DNA of 64,000 nucleotides from Eledone cirrhosa (lineage: Eukaryota), in the NCBI GenBank assembly GCA_964016885.1, contig OZ024758.1:37014001-37078000 (forward strand), in the 5' to 3' direction. The notes below the pieces were generated by a model. That model did no database searches. It saw nothing but the letters and a program-made list of their open reading frames with translations, and had not been told where the DNA came from. This document shows positions 39,531 to 54,400 of this stretch, in pieces. Both the position numbers and the translations under genes were made by a program. Within the stretch, counting starts at the first letter, position 1. Every line of letters begins with the position of its first letter.

Positions 39531-42500
39531 GGTACTAGCTGTCAGAAGTAACTCCAATGTTGGTGAGAATTCATTTAAGTTCATGGTATTAGCTGTCAGA
39601 AGGAACTCCACTGTTGGTGAGAATTCATTTAAGTCATGGTATTAGCTGTCAGAAGTAACTCCAATGTTGGTGAGAATTCATTTAAGTTCATGGTATTAGC
39701 TGTCAGAAGTAACTCCACTGTTGGTGAGAATTCATTTAAGTTCATGGTATTAGCTGTCAGAAGGAACTCCAATGTTGGTGAGAATTCATTTAAGTCATGG
39801 TACTAGCTGTCAGAAGTAACTCCACTGTTGGTGAGAATTCATTTAAGTTCATGGTATTAGCTGTCAGAAGGAACGCCACTGTTGGTGAGAATTCATTTAA
39901 GTTCATGGTATTAGCTGTCAGAAGTAACTCCACTGTTGGTGAGAATTCATTTAAGTTCATGGTACTAGCTGTCAGAAGTAACTCCAATGTTGGTGAGAAT
40001 TCATTTAAGTTCATGGTATTAGCTGTCAGAAGGAACTCCACTGTTGGTGAGAATTCATTTAAGTTCATGGTATTAGCTGTCAGAAGGAACTCCAATGTTG
40101 GTGAGAATTCATTTAAGTCATGGTACTAGCTGTCAGAAGTAACTCCACTGTTGGTGAGAATTCATTTAAGTTCATGGTATTAGCTGTCAGAAGGAACGCC
40201 ACTGTTGGTGAGAATTCATTTAAGTTCATGGTATTAGCTGTCAGAAGTAACTCCACTGTTGGTGAGAATTCATTTAAGTTCATGGTACTAGCTGTCAGAA
40301 GTAACTCCAATGTTGGTGAGAATTCATTTAAGTTCATGGTATTAGCTGTCAGAAGGAACTCCACTGTTGGTGAGAATTCATTTAAGTCTTGGTATTAGTT
40401 GTCAGAAGTAACTCCAATGTTGGTGAGAATTCATTTAAGTTCATGGTACTAGCTGTCAGAAGTAACTCCACTGTTGGTGAGAATTCATTTAAGTTCGTGG
40501 TACTAGCTGTCAGAAGTAACTCCAATGTTGGTGAGAATTCATTTAAGTTCATGGTATTAGCTGTCAGAAGTAACTCCACTGTTGGTGAGAATTCATTTAA
40601 GTTCATGGTACTAGCTGTCAGAAGTAACTCCACTGTTGGTGAGAATTCATTTAAGTTCATGGTATTAGCTGTCAGAAGTAACTCCACTGTTGGTGAGAAT
40701 TCATTTAAGTTCATGGTACTAGCTGTCAGAAGTAACCCCAATGTTGGTGAGAATTCATTTAAGTTCATGGTATTAGCTGTCAGAAGTCACTCCAATGTTG
40801 GTGAGAATTCATTTAAGTTCATGGTATTAGCTGTCAGAAGGAACGCCACTGTTGGTGAGAATTCATTTAAGTTCATGGTATTAGCTGTCAGAAGTAACTC
40901 CACTGTTGGTGAGAATTCATTTAAGTTCATGGTACTAGCTGTCAGAAGTAACTCCAATGTTGGTGAGAATTCATTTAAGTTCATGGTATTAGCTGTCAGA
41001 AGGAACTCCACTGTTGGTGAGAATTCATTTAAGTTCATGGTATTAGCTGTCAGAAGGAACTCCAATGTTGGTGAGAATTCATTTAAGTCATGGTATTAGC
41101 TGTCAGAAGTAACTCCACTGTTGGTAAGAATTCATTTAAGTTCATGGTATTAGTTCGTCAGAAGTAACTCCACTGTTGGTGAGAATTCATTTAAGTCATG
41201 GTATTAGTTGTCAGAAGTAACTCCAATGTTGGTGAGAATTCATTTAAGTCATGGTACAAGCTGTCAGAAGTAACTCCAATGTTGGTGAGAATTCATTTAA
41301 GTTCATGGTATTAGCTGTCAGAAGGAACTCCACTGTTGGTGAGAATTCATTTAAGTTCATGGTACTAGCTGTCAGAAGTAACTCCAATGTTGGTGAGAAT
41401 TCATTTAAGTTCATGGTATTAGCTGTCAGAAGGAACTCCACTGTTGGTGAGAATTCATTTAAGTCATGGTATTAGCTGTCAGAAGTAACTCCAATGTTGG
41501 TGAGAATTCATTTAAGTTCATGGTATTAGCTGTCAGAAGTAACTCCACTGTTGGTGAGAATTCATTTAAGTTCATGGTATTAGCTGTCAGAAGGAACTCC
41601 AATGTTGGTGAGAATTCATTTAAGTCATGGTACTAGCTGTCAGAAGTAACTCCACTGTTGGTGAGAATTCATTTAAGTTCATGGTATTAGCTGTCAGAAG
41701 GAACGCCACTGTTGGTGAGAATTCATTTAAGTTCATGGTATTAGCTGTCAGAAGTAACTCCACTGTTGGTGAGAATTCATTTAAGTTCATGGTACTAGCT
41801 GTCAGAAGTAACTCCAATGTTGGTGAGAATTCATTTAAGTTCATGGTATTAGCTGTCAGAAGGAACTCCACTGTTGGTGAGAATTCATTTAAGTTCATGG
41901 TATTAGCTGTCAGAAGGAACTCCAATGTTGGTGAGAATTCATTTAAGTCATGGTACTAGCTGTCAGAAGTAACTCCACTGTTGGTGAGAATTCATTTAAG
42001 TTCATGGTATTAGCTGTCAGAAGGAACGCCACTGTTGGTGAGAATTCATTTAAGTTCATGGTATTAGCTGTCAGAAGTAACTCCACTGTTGGTGAGAATT
42101 CATTTAAGTTCATGGTACTAGCTGTCAGAAGTAACTCCAATGTTGGTGAGAATTCATTTAAGTTCATGGTATTAGCTGTCAGAAGGAACTCCACTGTTGG
42201 TGAGAATTCATTTAAGTCTTGGTATTAGTTGTCAGAAGTAACTCCAATGTTGGTGAGAATTCATTTAAGTTCATGGTACTAGCTGTCAGAAGTAACTCCA
42301 CTGTTGGTGAGAATTCATTTAAGTTCGTGGTACTAGCTGTCAGAAGTAACTCCAATGTTGGTGAGAATTCATTTAAGTTCATGGTATTAGCTGTCAGAAG
42401 TAACTCCACTGTTGGTGAGAATTCATTTAAGTTCATGGTACTAGCTGTCAGAAGTAACTCCACTGTTGGTGAGAATTCATTTAAGTTCATGGTATTAGCT

Positions 42501-42650
42501 GTCAGAAGTAACTCCACTGTTGGTGAGAATTCATTTAAGTTCATGGTACTAGCTGTCAGAAGTAACCCCAATGTTGGTGAGAATTCATTTAAGTTCATGG
42601 TATTAGCTGTCAGAAGTCACTCCAATGTTGGTGAGAATTCATTTAAGTTC
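39270..42650. repeat. Duplication at 1830-bp (34-monomer) offset, ~39270-40820 vs ~41100-42650
   Basis: ORF pairs 39421/41251, 39797/41627, 40120/41950 and 40389/42219. Shared TTCGTGG variant at ~40497 and ~42327. Confidence 0.88.
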
Positions 42651-45340
42651 ATGGTATTAGCTGTCAGAAGTAACTCCACTGTTGGTGAGAATTCATTTAA
42701 GTTCATGGTACTAGCTGTCAGAAGTAACCCCAATGTTGGTGAGAATTCATTTAAGTTCATGGTATTAGCTGTCAGAAGTCACTCCACTGTTGGTGAGAAT
42801 TCATTTAAGTTCATGGTACTAGCTGTCAGAAGTAACCCCAATGTTGGTGAGAATTCATTTAAGTTCATGGTATTAGCTGTCAGAAGTCACTCCAATGTTG
42901 GTGAGAATTCATTTAAGTTCATGGTATTAGCTGTCAGAAGTAACTCCACTGTTGGTGAGAATTCATTTAAGTTCATGGTATTAGCTGTCAGAAGTAACTC
43001 CACTGTTGGTGAGAATTCATTTAAGTTCATGGTATTAGCTGTCAGAAGGAAGTCCACTGTTGGTGAGAATTCATTTAAGTCTTGGTGTTAGTTGTCAGAA
43101 GTAACTCCAATGTTGGTGAGAATTCATTTAAGTTCATGGTACTAGCTGTCAGAAGTAACTCCACTGTTGGTGAGAATTCATTTAAGTTCATGGTATTAGC
43201 TGTCAGAAGTAACTCCACTTTTGGTGAGAATTCATTTAAGTTCATGGTATTAGCTGTCAGAAGTAACTCCACTGTTGGTGAGAATTCATTTAAGTTCATG
43301 GTATTAGCTGTCAGAAGGAACTCCAATGTTGGTGAGAATTCATTTAAGTCATGGTACTAGCTGTCAGAAGTAACTCCAATGTTGGTGAGAATTCATTTAA
43401 GTTCATGGTATTAGCTGTCAGAAGTAACTCCACTGTTGGTGAGAATTCATTTAAGTTCATGGTATTAGCTGTCAGAAGTAACTCCACTGTTGGTGAGAAT
43501 TCATTTAAGTTCATGGTATTAGCTGTCAGAAGGAACTCCAATGTTGGTGAGAATTCATTTAAGTCATGGTACTAGCTGTCAGAAGTAACTCCACTGTTGG
43601 TGAGAATTCATTTAAGTTCATGGTATTAGCTGTCAGAAGGAACGCCACTGTTGGTGAGAATTCATTTAAATTCATGGTATTAGCTGTCAGAAGTAACTCC
43701 ACTGTTGGTGAGAATTCATTTAAGTTCATGGTACTAGCTGTCAGAAGTAACTCCAATGTTGGTGAGAATTCATTTAAGTTCATGGTATTAGCTGTCAGAA
43801 GGAACTCCACTGTTGGTGAGAATTCATTTAAGTCTTGGTATTAGTTGTCAGAAGTAACTCCAATGTTGGTGAGAATTCATTTAAGTTCATGGTACTAGCT
43901 GTCAGAAGTAACTCCACTGTTGGTGAGAATTCATTTAAGTTCATGGTACTAGCTGTCAGAAGTAACTCCAATGTTGGTGAGAATTCATTTAAGTTCATGG
44001 TATTAGCTGTCAGAAGTAACTCCACTGTTGGTGAGAATTCATTTAAGTTCATGGTACTAGCTGTCAGAAGTAACTCCACTGTTGGTGAGAATTCATTTAA
44101 GTTCATGGTATTAGCTGTCAGAAGTAACTCCACTGTTGGTGAGAATTCATTTAAGTTCATGGTACTAGCTGTCAGAAGTAACCCCAATGTTGGTGAGAAT
44201 TCATTTAAGTTCATGGTATTAGCTGTCAGAAGTCACTCCAATGTTGGTGAGAATTCATTTAAGTTCATGGTATTAGCTGTCAGAAGTAACTCCACTGTTG
44301 GTGAGAATTCATTTAAGTTCATGGTACTAGCTGTCAGAAGTAACCCCAATGTTGGTGAGAATTCATTTAAGTTCATGGTATTAGCTGTCAGAAGTCACTC
44401 CACTGTTGGTGAGAATTCATTTAAGTTCATGGTACTAGCTGTCAGAAGTAACCCCAATGTTGGTGAGAATTCATTTAAGTTCATGGTATTAGCTGTCAGA
44501 AGTCACTCCAATGTTGGTGAGAATTCATTTAAGTTCGTGGTATTAGCTGTCAGAAGTAACTCCACTGTTGGTGAAAATTCATTTAAGTTCATGGTATTAG
44601 CTGTCAGAAGTAACTCCACTGTTGGTGAGAATTCATTTAAGTTCATGGTATTAGCTGTCAGAAGGAACTCCACTGTTGGTGAGAATTAATTTAAGTCTTG
44701 GTGTTAGTTGTCAGAGGTGACTCCAATGTTGGTGAGAATTCATTTAAGTTCATGGTACTAGCTGTCAGAAGTAACTCCACTGTTGGTGAGAATTCATTTA
44801 AGTTCATGGTATTAGCTGTCAGAAGTAACTCCACTTTTGGTGAGAATTCATTTAAGTTCATGGTATTAGCTGTCAGAAGTAACTCCACTGTTGGTGAGAA
44901 TTCATTTAAGTTCATGGTATTAGCTGTCAGAAGGAACTCCAATGTTGGTGAGAATTCATTTAAGTCATGGTACTAGCTGTCAGAAGTAACTCCAATGTTG
45001 GTGAGAATTCATTTATGTTCATGGTATTAGCTGTCAGAAGTAACTCCACTGTTGGTGAGAATTCATTTAAGTTCATGGTATTAGCTGTCAGAAGTAACTC
45101 CACTGTTGGTGAGAATTCATTTAAGTTCATGGTATTAGCTGTCAGAAGGAACTCCAATGTTGGTGAGAATTCATTTAAGTCATGGTACTAGCTGTCAGAA
45201 GTAACTCCACTGTTGGTGAGAATTCATTTAAGTTCATGGTATTAGCTGTCAGAAGGAACGCCACTGTTGGTGAGAATTCATTTAATTTCATGGTATTAGC
45301 TGTCAGAAGTAACTCCACTGTTGGTGAGAATTCATTTAAG
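41900..45340. repeat. 1616-bp (30-monomer) tandem duplication
   Basis: ORF pairs 41950/43566, 42219/43835, 43082/44698, 43351/44967 and 43566/45182. Shared ACTTTTGG variant at ~43220 and ~44836. Confidence 0.86.
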
Positions 45341-45449
45341 TTCATGGTATTAGCTGTCAGAAGGAACTCCACTGTTGGTGAGAATTCATTTAAGTTCATG
45401 GTATTAGCTGTCAGAAGTAACTCCACTGTTGGTGAGAATTCATTTAAGT

Positions 45450-48400
45450 TCATGGTACTAGTTGTCAGAAGTAACTCCACTGTTGGTGAGAATTCATTTA
45501 AGTTCATGGTATTAGCTGTCAGAAGTAACTCCACTGTTGGTGAGAATTCATTTAAGTCATGGTATTAGTTGTCAGAAGTAACTCCAATGTTGGTGAGAAT
45601 TCATTTAAGTTCATGGTTCTAGCTGTCAGAAGTAACTCCACTGTTGGTGAGAATTCATTTAAGTTCATGGTATTAGCTGTCAGAAGTAACTCCACTGTTG
45701 GTGAGAATTCATTTAAGTCATGGTATTAGCTGTCAGAAGTAACTCCATTGTTGGTGAGAATTCATTTAAGTCATGGTACTAGCTGTCAGAAGTAACTCCA
45801 CTGTTGGTGAGAATTCATTTAAGTTCATGGTATTAGCTGTCAGAAGGAACTCCACTGTTGGTGAGAATTCATTTAAGTTCATGGTACTAGCTGTCAGAAG
45901 TAACTCCACTGTTGGTAAGAATTCATTTAAGTTCATGGTATTAGTTCGTCAGAAGTAACTCCACTGTTGGTGAGAATTCATTTAAGTCATGGTATTAGTT
46001 GTCAGAAGTAACTCCAATGTTGGTGAGAATTCATTTAAGTCATGGTACTAGCTGTCAGAAGTAACTCCAATGTTGGTGAGAATTCATTTAAGTTCATGGT
46101 ATTAGCTGTCAGAAGGAACTCCACTGTTGGTGAGAATTCATTTAAGTTCATGGTACTAGCTGTCAGAAGTAACTCCAATGTTGGTGAGAATTCATTTAAG
46201 TTCATGGTATTAGCTGTCAGAAGGAACTCCACTGTTGGTGAGAATTCATTTAAGTCATGGTATTAGCTGTCAGAAGTAACTCCAATGTTGGTGAGAATTC
46301 ATTTAAGTTCATGGTATTAGCTGTCAGAAGTAACTCCACTGTTGGTGAGAATTCATTTAAGTTCATGGTATTAGCTGTCAGAAGGAACTCCAATGTTGGT
46401 GAGAATTCATTTAAGTCATGGTACTAGCTGTCAGAAGTAACTCCACTGTTGGTGAGAATTCATTTAAGTTCATGGTATTAGCTGTCAGAAGGAACGCCAC
46501 TGTTGGTGAGAATTCATTTAAGTTCATGGTATTAGCTGTCAGAAGTAACTCCACTGTTGGTGAGAATTCATTTAAGTTCATGGTACTAGCTGTCAGAAGT
46601 AACTCCAATGTTGGTGAGAATTCATTTAAGTTCATGGTATTAGCTGTCAGAAGGAACTCCACTGTTGGTGAGAATTCATTTAAGTCTTGGTATTAGTTGT
46701 CAGAAGTAACTCCAATGTTGGTGAGAATTCATTTAAGTTCATGGTACTAGCTGTCAGAAGTAACTCCACTGTTGGTGAGAATTCATTTAAGTTCATGGTA
46801 CTAGCTGTCAGAAGTAACTCCAATGTTGGTGAGAATTCATTTAAGTTCATGGTATTAGCTGTCAGAAGTAACTCCACTGTTGGTGAGAATTCATTTAAGT
46901 TCATGGTACTAGCTGTCAGAAGTAACTCCACTGTTGGTGAGAATTCATTTAAGTTCATGGTATTAGCTGTCAGAAGTAACTCCACTGTTGGTGAGAATTC
47001 ATTTAAGTTCATGGTACTAGCTGTCAGAAGTAACCCCAATGTTGGTGAGAATTCATTTAAGTTCATGGTATTAGCTGTCAGAAGTCACTCCAATGTTGGG
47101 GAGAATTCATTTAAGTTCATGGTATTAGCTGTCAGAAGTAACTCCACTGTTGGTGAGAATTCATTTAAGTTCATGGTACTAGCTGTCAGAAGTAACCCCA
47201 ATGTTGGTGAGAATTCATTTAAGTTCATGGTATTAGCTGTCAGAAGTCACTCCACTGTTGGTGAGAATTCATTTAAGTTCATGGTACTAGCTGTCAGAAG
47301 TAACCCCAATGTTGGTGAGAATTCATTTAAGTTCATGGTATTAGCTGTCAGAAGTCACTCCAATGTTGGTGAGAATTCATTTAAGTTCATGGTATTAGCT
47401 GTCAGAAGTAACTCCACTGTTGGTGAGAATTCATTTAAGTTCATGGTATTAGCTGTCAGAAGTAACTCCACTGTTGGTGAGAATTCATTTAAGTTCATGG
47501 TATTAGCTGTCAGAAGGAACTCCACTGTTGGTGAGAATTCATTTAAGTCTTGGTGTTAGTTGTCAGAAGTAACTCCAATGTTGGTGAGAATTCATTTAAG
47601 TTCATGGTACTAGCTGTCAGAAGTAACTCCACTGTTGGTGAGAATTCATTTAAGTTCATGGTACTAGCTGTCAGAAGTAACTCCAATGTTGGTGAGAATT
47701 CATTTAAGTTCATGGTATTAGCTGTCAGAAGTAACTCCAATGTTGGTGAGAATTCATTTAAGTTCATGGTATTAGCTGTCAGAAGGAACTCCACTGTTGG
47801 TGAGAATTCATTTAAGTCTTGGTATTAGTTGTCAGAAGTAACTCCAATGTTGGTGAGAATTCATTTAAGTTCATGGTATTAGCTGTCAGAAGTAACTCCA
47901 CTGTTGGTGAGAATTCATTTAAGTCATGGTACTAGCTGTCAGAAGTAACTCCACTGTTGGTGAGAATTCATTTAAGTTCATGGTACTAGCTGTCAGAAGT
48001 AACTCCACTGTTGGTGAGAATTCATTTAAGTTCATGGTACTAGCTGTCAGAAGTAACTCCAATGTTGGTGAGAATTCATTTAAGTTCATGGTATTAGCTG
48101 TCAAAAGTAACTCCAATGTTGGTGAGAATTCATTTAAGTTCATGGTATTAGCTGTCAGAAGTAACTCCACTGTTCGTGAGAATTCAGTTAAGTTCATGGT
48201 ACTAGCTGTCAGAAGTAACCCCAATGTTGGTGAGAATTCATTTAAGTTCATGGTATTAGCTGTCAGAAGTCACTCCAATGTTGGTGAGAATTCATTTAAG
48301 TTCATGGTATTAGCTGTCAGAAGTAACTCCACTGTTGGTGAGAATTCATTTAAGTTCATGGTATTAGCTGTCAGAAGTAACTCCACTGTTGGTGAGAATT

Positions 48401-51400
48401 CATTTAAGTTCATGGTATTAGCTGTCAGAAGTAACTCCACTGTTGGTGAGAATTCATTTAAGTTCATGGTATTAGCTGTCAGAAGGAACTCCAATGTTGG
48501 TGAGAATTCATTTAAGTCATGGTACTAGCTGTCAGAAGTAACTCCACTGTTGGTGAGAATTCATTTAAGTTCATGGTATTAGCTGTCAGAAGGAACGCCA
48601 CTGTTGGTGAGAATTCATTTAAGTTCATGGTATTAGCTGTCAGAAGTAACTCCACTGTTGGTGAGAATTCATTTAAGTTCATGGTATTAGCTGTCAGAAG
48701 GAACTCCACTGTTGGTGAGAATTCATTTAAGTTCATGGTACTAGTTGTCAGAAGTAACTCCACTGTTGGTGAGAATTCATTTAAGTTCATGGTATTAGCT
48801 GTCAGAAGTAACTCCACTGTTGGTGAGAATTCATTTAAGTCATGGTATTAGTTGTCAGAAGTAACTCCAATGTTGGTGAGAATTCATTTAAGTTCATGGT
48901 TCTAGCTGTCAGAAGTAACTCCACTGTTGGTGAGAAATCATTTAAGTTCATGGTATTAGCTGTCAGAAGTAACTCCACTGTTGGTGAGAATTCATTTAAG
49001 TCATGGTATTAGCTGTCAGAAGTAACTCCATTGTTGGTGAGAATTCATTTAAGTCATGGTACTAGCTGTCAGAAGTAACTCCACTGTTGGTGAGAATTCA
49101 TTTAAGTTCATGGTATTAGCTGTCAGAAGGAACTCCACTGTTGGTGAGAATTCATTTAAGTTCATGGTACTAGCTGTCAGAAGTAACTCCACTGTTGGTA
49201 AGAATTCATTTAAGTTCATGGTATTAGTTCGTCAGAAGTAACTCCACTGTTGGTGAGAATTCATTTAAGTCATGGTATTAGTTGTCAGAAGTAACTCCAA
49301 TGTTGGTGAGAATTCATTTAAGTCATGGTACTAGCTGTCAGAAGTAACTCCAATGTTGGTGAGAATTCATTTAAGTTCATGGTATTAGCTGTCAGAAGGA
49401 ACTCCACTGTTGGTGAGAATTCATTTAAGTTCATGGTACTAGCTGTCAGAAGTAACTCCAATGTTGGTGAGAATTCATTTAAGTTCATGGTATTAGCTGT
49501 CAGAAGGAACTCCACTGTTGGTGAGAATTCATTTAAGTCATGGTATTAGCTGTCAGAAGTAACTCCAATGTTGGTGAGAATTCATTTAAGTTCATGGTAT
49601 TAGCTGTCAGAAGTAACTCCACTGTTGGTGAGAATTCATTTAAGTTCATGGTATTAGCTGTCAGAAGGAACTCCAATGTTGGTGAGAATTCATTTAAGTC
49701 ATGGTACTAGCTGTCAGAAGTAACTCCACTGTTGGTGAGAATTCATTTAAGTTCATGGTATTAGCTGTCAGAAGGAACGCCACTGTTGGTGAGAATTCAT
49801 TTAAGTTCATGGTATTAGCTGTCAGAAGTAACTCCACTGTTGGTGAGAATTCATTTAAGTTCATGGTACTAGCTGTCAGAAGTAACTCCAATGTTGGTGA
49901 GAATTCATTTAAGTTCATGGTATTAGCTGTCAGAAGGAACTCCACTGTTGGTGAGAATTCATTTAAGTCTTGGTATTAGTTGTCAGAAGTAACTCCAATG
50001 TTGGTGAGAATTCATTTAAGTTCATGGTACTAGCTGTCAGAAGTAACTCCACTGTTGGTGAGAATTCATTTAAGTTCATGGTACTAGCTGTCAGAAGTAA
50101 CTCCAATGTTGGTGAGAATTCATTTAAGTTCATGGTATTAGCTGTCAGAAGTAACTCCACTGTTGGTGAGAATTCATTTAAGTTCATGGTACTAGCTGTC
50201 AGAAGTAAGCCCAATGTTGGTGAGAATTCATTTAAGTTCATGGTATTAGCTGTCAGAAGTCACTCCAATGTTGGTGAGAATTCATTTAAGTTCATGGTAT
50301 TAGCTGTCAGAAGTAACTCCACTGTTGGTGAGAATTCATTTAAGTTCATGGTACTAGCTGTCAGAAGTAACCCCAATGTTGGTGAGAATTCATTTAAGTT
50401 CATGGTATTAGCTGTCAGAAGTCACTCCACTGTTGGTGAGAATTCATTTAAGTTCATGGTACTAGCTGTCAGAAGTAACCCCAATGTTGGTGAGAATTCA
50501 TCTAAGTTCATGGTATTAGCTGTCAGAAGTCACTCCAATGTTGGTGAGAATTCATTTAAGTTCATGGTATTAGCTGTCAGAAGTAACTCCACTGTTGGTG
50601 AGAATTCATTTAAGTTCATGGTATTAGCTGTCAGAAGTAACTCCACTGTTGGTGAGAATTCATTTAAGTTCATGGTATTAGCTGTCAGAAGGAACTCCAC
50701 TGTTGGTGAGAATTCATTTAAGTCTTGGTGTTAGTTGTCAGAAGTAACTCCAAAGTTGGTGAGAATTCATTTAAGTTCATGGTACTAGCTGTCAGAAGTA
50801 ACTCCACTGTTGGTGAGAATTCATTTAAGTTCATGGTACTAGCTGTCAGAAGTAACTCCAATGTTGGTGAGAATTCATTTAAGTTCATGGTATTAGCTGT
50901 CAGAAGTAACTCCAATGTTGGTGAGAATTCATTTAAGTTCATGGTATTAGCTGTCAGAAGGAACTCCACTGTTGGTGAGAATTCATTTAAGTCTTGGTAT
51001 TAGTTGTCAGAAGTAACTCCAATGTTGGTGAGAATTCATTTAAGTTCATGGTATTAGCTGTCAGAAGTAACTCCACTGTTGGTGAGAATTCATTTAAGTC
51101 ATGGTACTAGCTGTCAGAAGTAACTCCACTGTTGGTGAGAATTCATTTAAGTTCATGGTACTAGCTGTCAGAAGTAACTCCACTGTTGGTGAGAATTCAT
51201 TTAAGTTCATGGTACTAGCTGTCAGAAGTAACTCCAATGTTGGTGAGAATTCATTTAAGTTCATGGTATTAGCTGTCAGAAGTCACTCCAATGTTGGTGA
51301 GAATTCATTTAAGTTCATGGTATTAGCTGTCAGAAGTAACTCCACTGTTGGTGAGAATTCATTTAAGTTCATGGTACTAGCTGTCAGAAGTAACCCCAAT

Positions 51401-54400
51401 GTTGGTGAGAATTCATTTAAGTTCATGGTATTAGCTGTCAGAAGTCACTCCACTGTTGGTGAGAATTCATTTAAGTTCATGGTACTAGCTGTCAGAAGTA
51501 ACCCCAATGTTGGTGAGAATTCATTTAAGTTCATGGTATTAGCTGTCAGAAGTCACTCCAATGTTGGTGAGAATTCATTTAAGTTCATGGTATTAGCTGT
51601 CAGAAGTAACTCCACTGTTGGTGAGAATTCATTTAAGTTCATGGTATTAGCTGTCAGAAGTAACTCCACTGTTGGTGAATATTCATTTAAGTTCATGGTA
51701 TTAGCTGTCAGAAGGAACTCCACTGTTGGTGAGAATTCATTTAAGTCTTGGTGTTAGTTGTCAGAAGTAACTCCAATGTTGGTGAGAATTCATTTAAGTT
51801 CATGGTACTAGCTGTCAGAAGTAACTCCACTGTTGGTGAGAATTCATTTAAGTTCATGGTACTAGCTGTCAGAAGTAACTCCAATGTTGGTGAGAATTCA
51901 TTTAAGTTCATGGTATTAGCTGTCAGAAGTAACTCCAATGTTGGTGAGAATTCATTTAAGTTCATGGTATTAGCTGTCAGAAGGAACTCCACTGTTGGTG
52001 AGAATTCATTTAAGTCTTGGTATTAGTTGTCAGAAGTAACTCCAATGTTGGTGAGAATTCATTTAAGTTCATGGTATTAGCTGTCAGAAGTAACTCCACT
52101 GTTGGTGAGAATTCATTTAAGTCATGGTACTAGCTGTCAGAAGTAACTCCACTGTTGGTGAGAATTCATTTAAGTTCATGGTACTAGCTGTCAGAAGTAA
52201 CTCCACTGTTGGTGAGAATTCATTTAAGTTCATGGTACTAGCTGTCAGAAGTAACTCCAATGTTGGTGAGAATTCATTTAAGTTCATGGTATTAGCTGTC
52301 AAAAGTAACTCCAATGTTGGTGAGAATTCATTTAAGTTCATGGTATTAGCTGTCAGAAGTAACTCCACTGTTGGTGAGAATTCATTTAAGTTCATGGTAC
52401 TAGCTGTCAGAAGTAACCCCAATGTTGGTGAGAATTCATTTAAGTTCATGGTATTAGCTGTCAGAAGTAACTCCACTGTTGGTGAGAATTCATTTAAGTT
52501 CATGGTACTAGCTGTCAGAAGTAACCCCAATGTTGGTGAGAATTCATTTAAGTTCATGGTATTAGCTGTCAGAAGTAACTCCACTGTTGGTGAGAATTCA
52601 TTTAAGTTCATGGTATTAGCTGTCAGAAGTAACTCCACTGTTGGTGAGAATTCATTTAAGTTCATGGTATTAGCTGTCAGAAGTAACTCCACTGTTGGTG
52701 AGAATTCATTTAAGTTCATGGTATTAGCTGTCAGAAGGAACTCCAATGTTGGTGAGAATTCATTTAAGTCATGGTACTAGCTGTCAGAAGTAACTCCACT
52801 GTTGGTGAGAATTCATTTAAGTTCATGGTATTAGCTGTCAGAAGGAACGCCACTGTTGGTGAGAATTCATTTAAGTTCATGGTATTAGCTGTCAGAAGTA
52901 ACTCCACTGTTGGTGAGAATTCATTTAAGTTCATGGTATTAGCTGTCAGAAGGAACTCCACTGTTGGTGAGAATTCATTTAAGTTCATGGTACTAGTTGT
53001 CAGAAGTAACTCCACTGTTGGTGAGAATTCATTTAAGTTCATGGTATTAGCTGTCAGAAGTAACTCCACTGTTGGTGAGATTCATTTAAGTCATGGTATT
53101 AGTTGTCAGAAGTAACTCCAATGTTGGTGAGAATTCATTTAAGTTCATGGTTCTAGCTGTCAGAAGTAACTCCACTGTTGGTGAGAAATCATTTAAGTTC
53201 ATGGTATTAGCTGTCAGAAGTAACTCCACTGTTGGTGAGAATTCATTTAAGTCATGGTATTAGCTGTCAGAAGTAACTCCATTGTTGGTGAGAATTCATT
53301 TAAGTCATGGTACTAGCTGTCAGAAGTAACTCCACTGTTGGTGAGAATTCATTTAAGTTCATGGTATTAGCTGTCAGAAGGAACTCCACTGTTGGTGAGA
53401 ATTCATTTAAGTTCATGGTACTAGCTGTCAGAAGTAACTCCACTGTTGGTAAGAATTCATTTAAGTTCATGGTATTAGTTCGTCAGAAGTAACTCCACTG
53501 TTGGTGAGAATTCATTTAAGTCATGGTATTAGTTGTCAGAAGTAACTCCAATGTTGGTGAGAATTCATTTAAATCATGGTACTAGCTGTCAGAAGTAACT
53601 CCAATGTTGGTGAGAATTCATTTAAGTTCATGGTATTAGCTGTCAGAAGGAACTCCACTGTTGGTGAGAATTCATTTAAGTTCATGGTACTAGCTGTCAG
53701 AAGTAACTCCAATGTTGGTGAGAATTCATTTAAGTTCATGGTATTAGCTGTCAGAAGGAACTCCACTGTTGGTGAGAATTCATTTAAGTCATGGTATTAG
53801 CTGTCAGAAGTAACTCCAATGTTGGTGAGAATTCATTTAAGTTCATGGTATTAGCTGTCAGAAGTAACTCCACTGTTGGTGAGAATTCATTTAAGTTCAT
53901 GGTATTAGCTGTCAGAAGGAACTCCAATGTTGGTGAGAATTCATTTAAGTCATGGTACTAGCTGTCAGAAGTAACTCCACTGTTGGTGAGAATTCATTTA
54001 AGTTCATGGTATTAGCTGTCAGAAGGAACGCCACTGTTGGTGAGAATTCATTTAAGTTCATCGTATTAGCTGTCAGAAGTAACTCCACTGTTGGTGAGAA
54101 TTCATTTAAGTTCATGGTACTAGCTGTCAGAAGTAACTCCAATGTTGGTGAGAATTCATTTAAGTTCATGGTATTAGCTGTCAGAAGGAACTCCACTGTT
54201 GGTGAGAATTCATTTAAGTCTTGGTATTAGTTGTCAGAAGTAACTCCAATGTTGGTGAGAATTCATTTAAGTTCATGGTACTAGCTGTCAGAAGTAACTC
54301 CACTGTTGGTGAGAATTCATTTAAGTTCATGGTACTAGCTGTCAGAAGTAACTCCAATGTTGGTGAGAATTCATTTAAGTTCATGGTATTAGCTGTCAGA

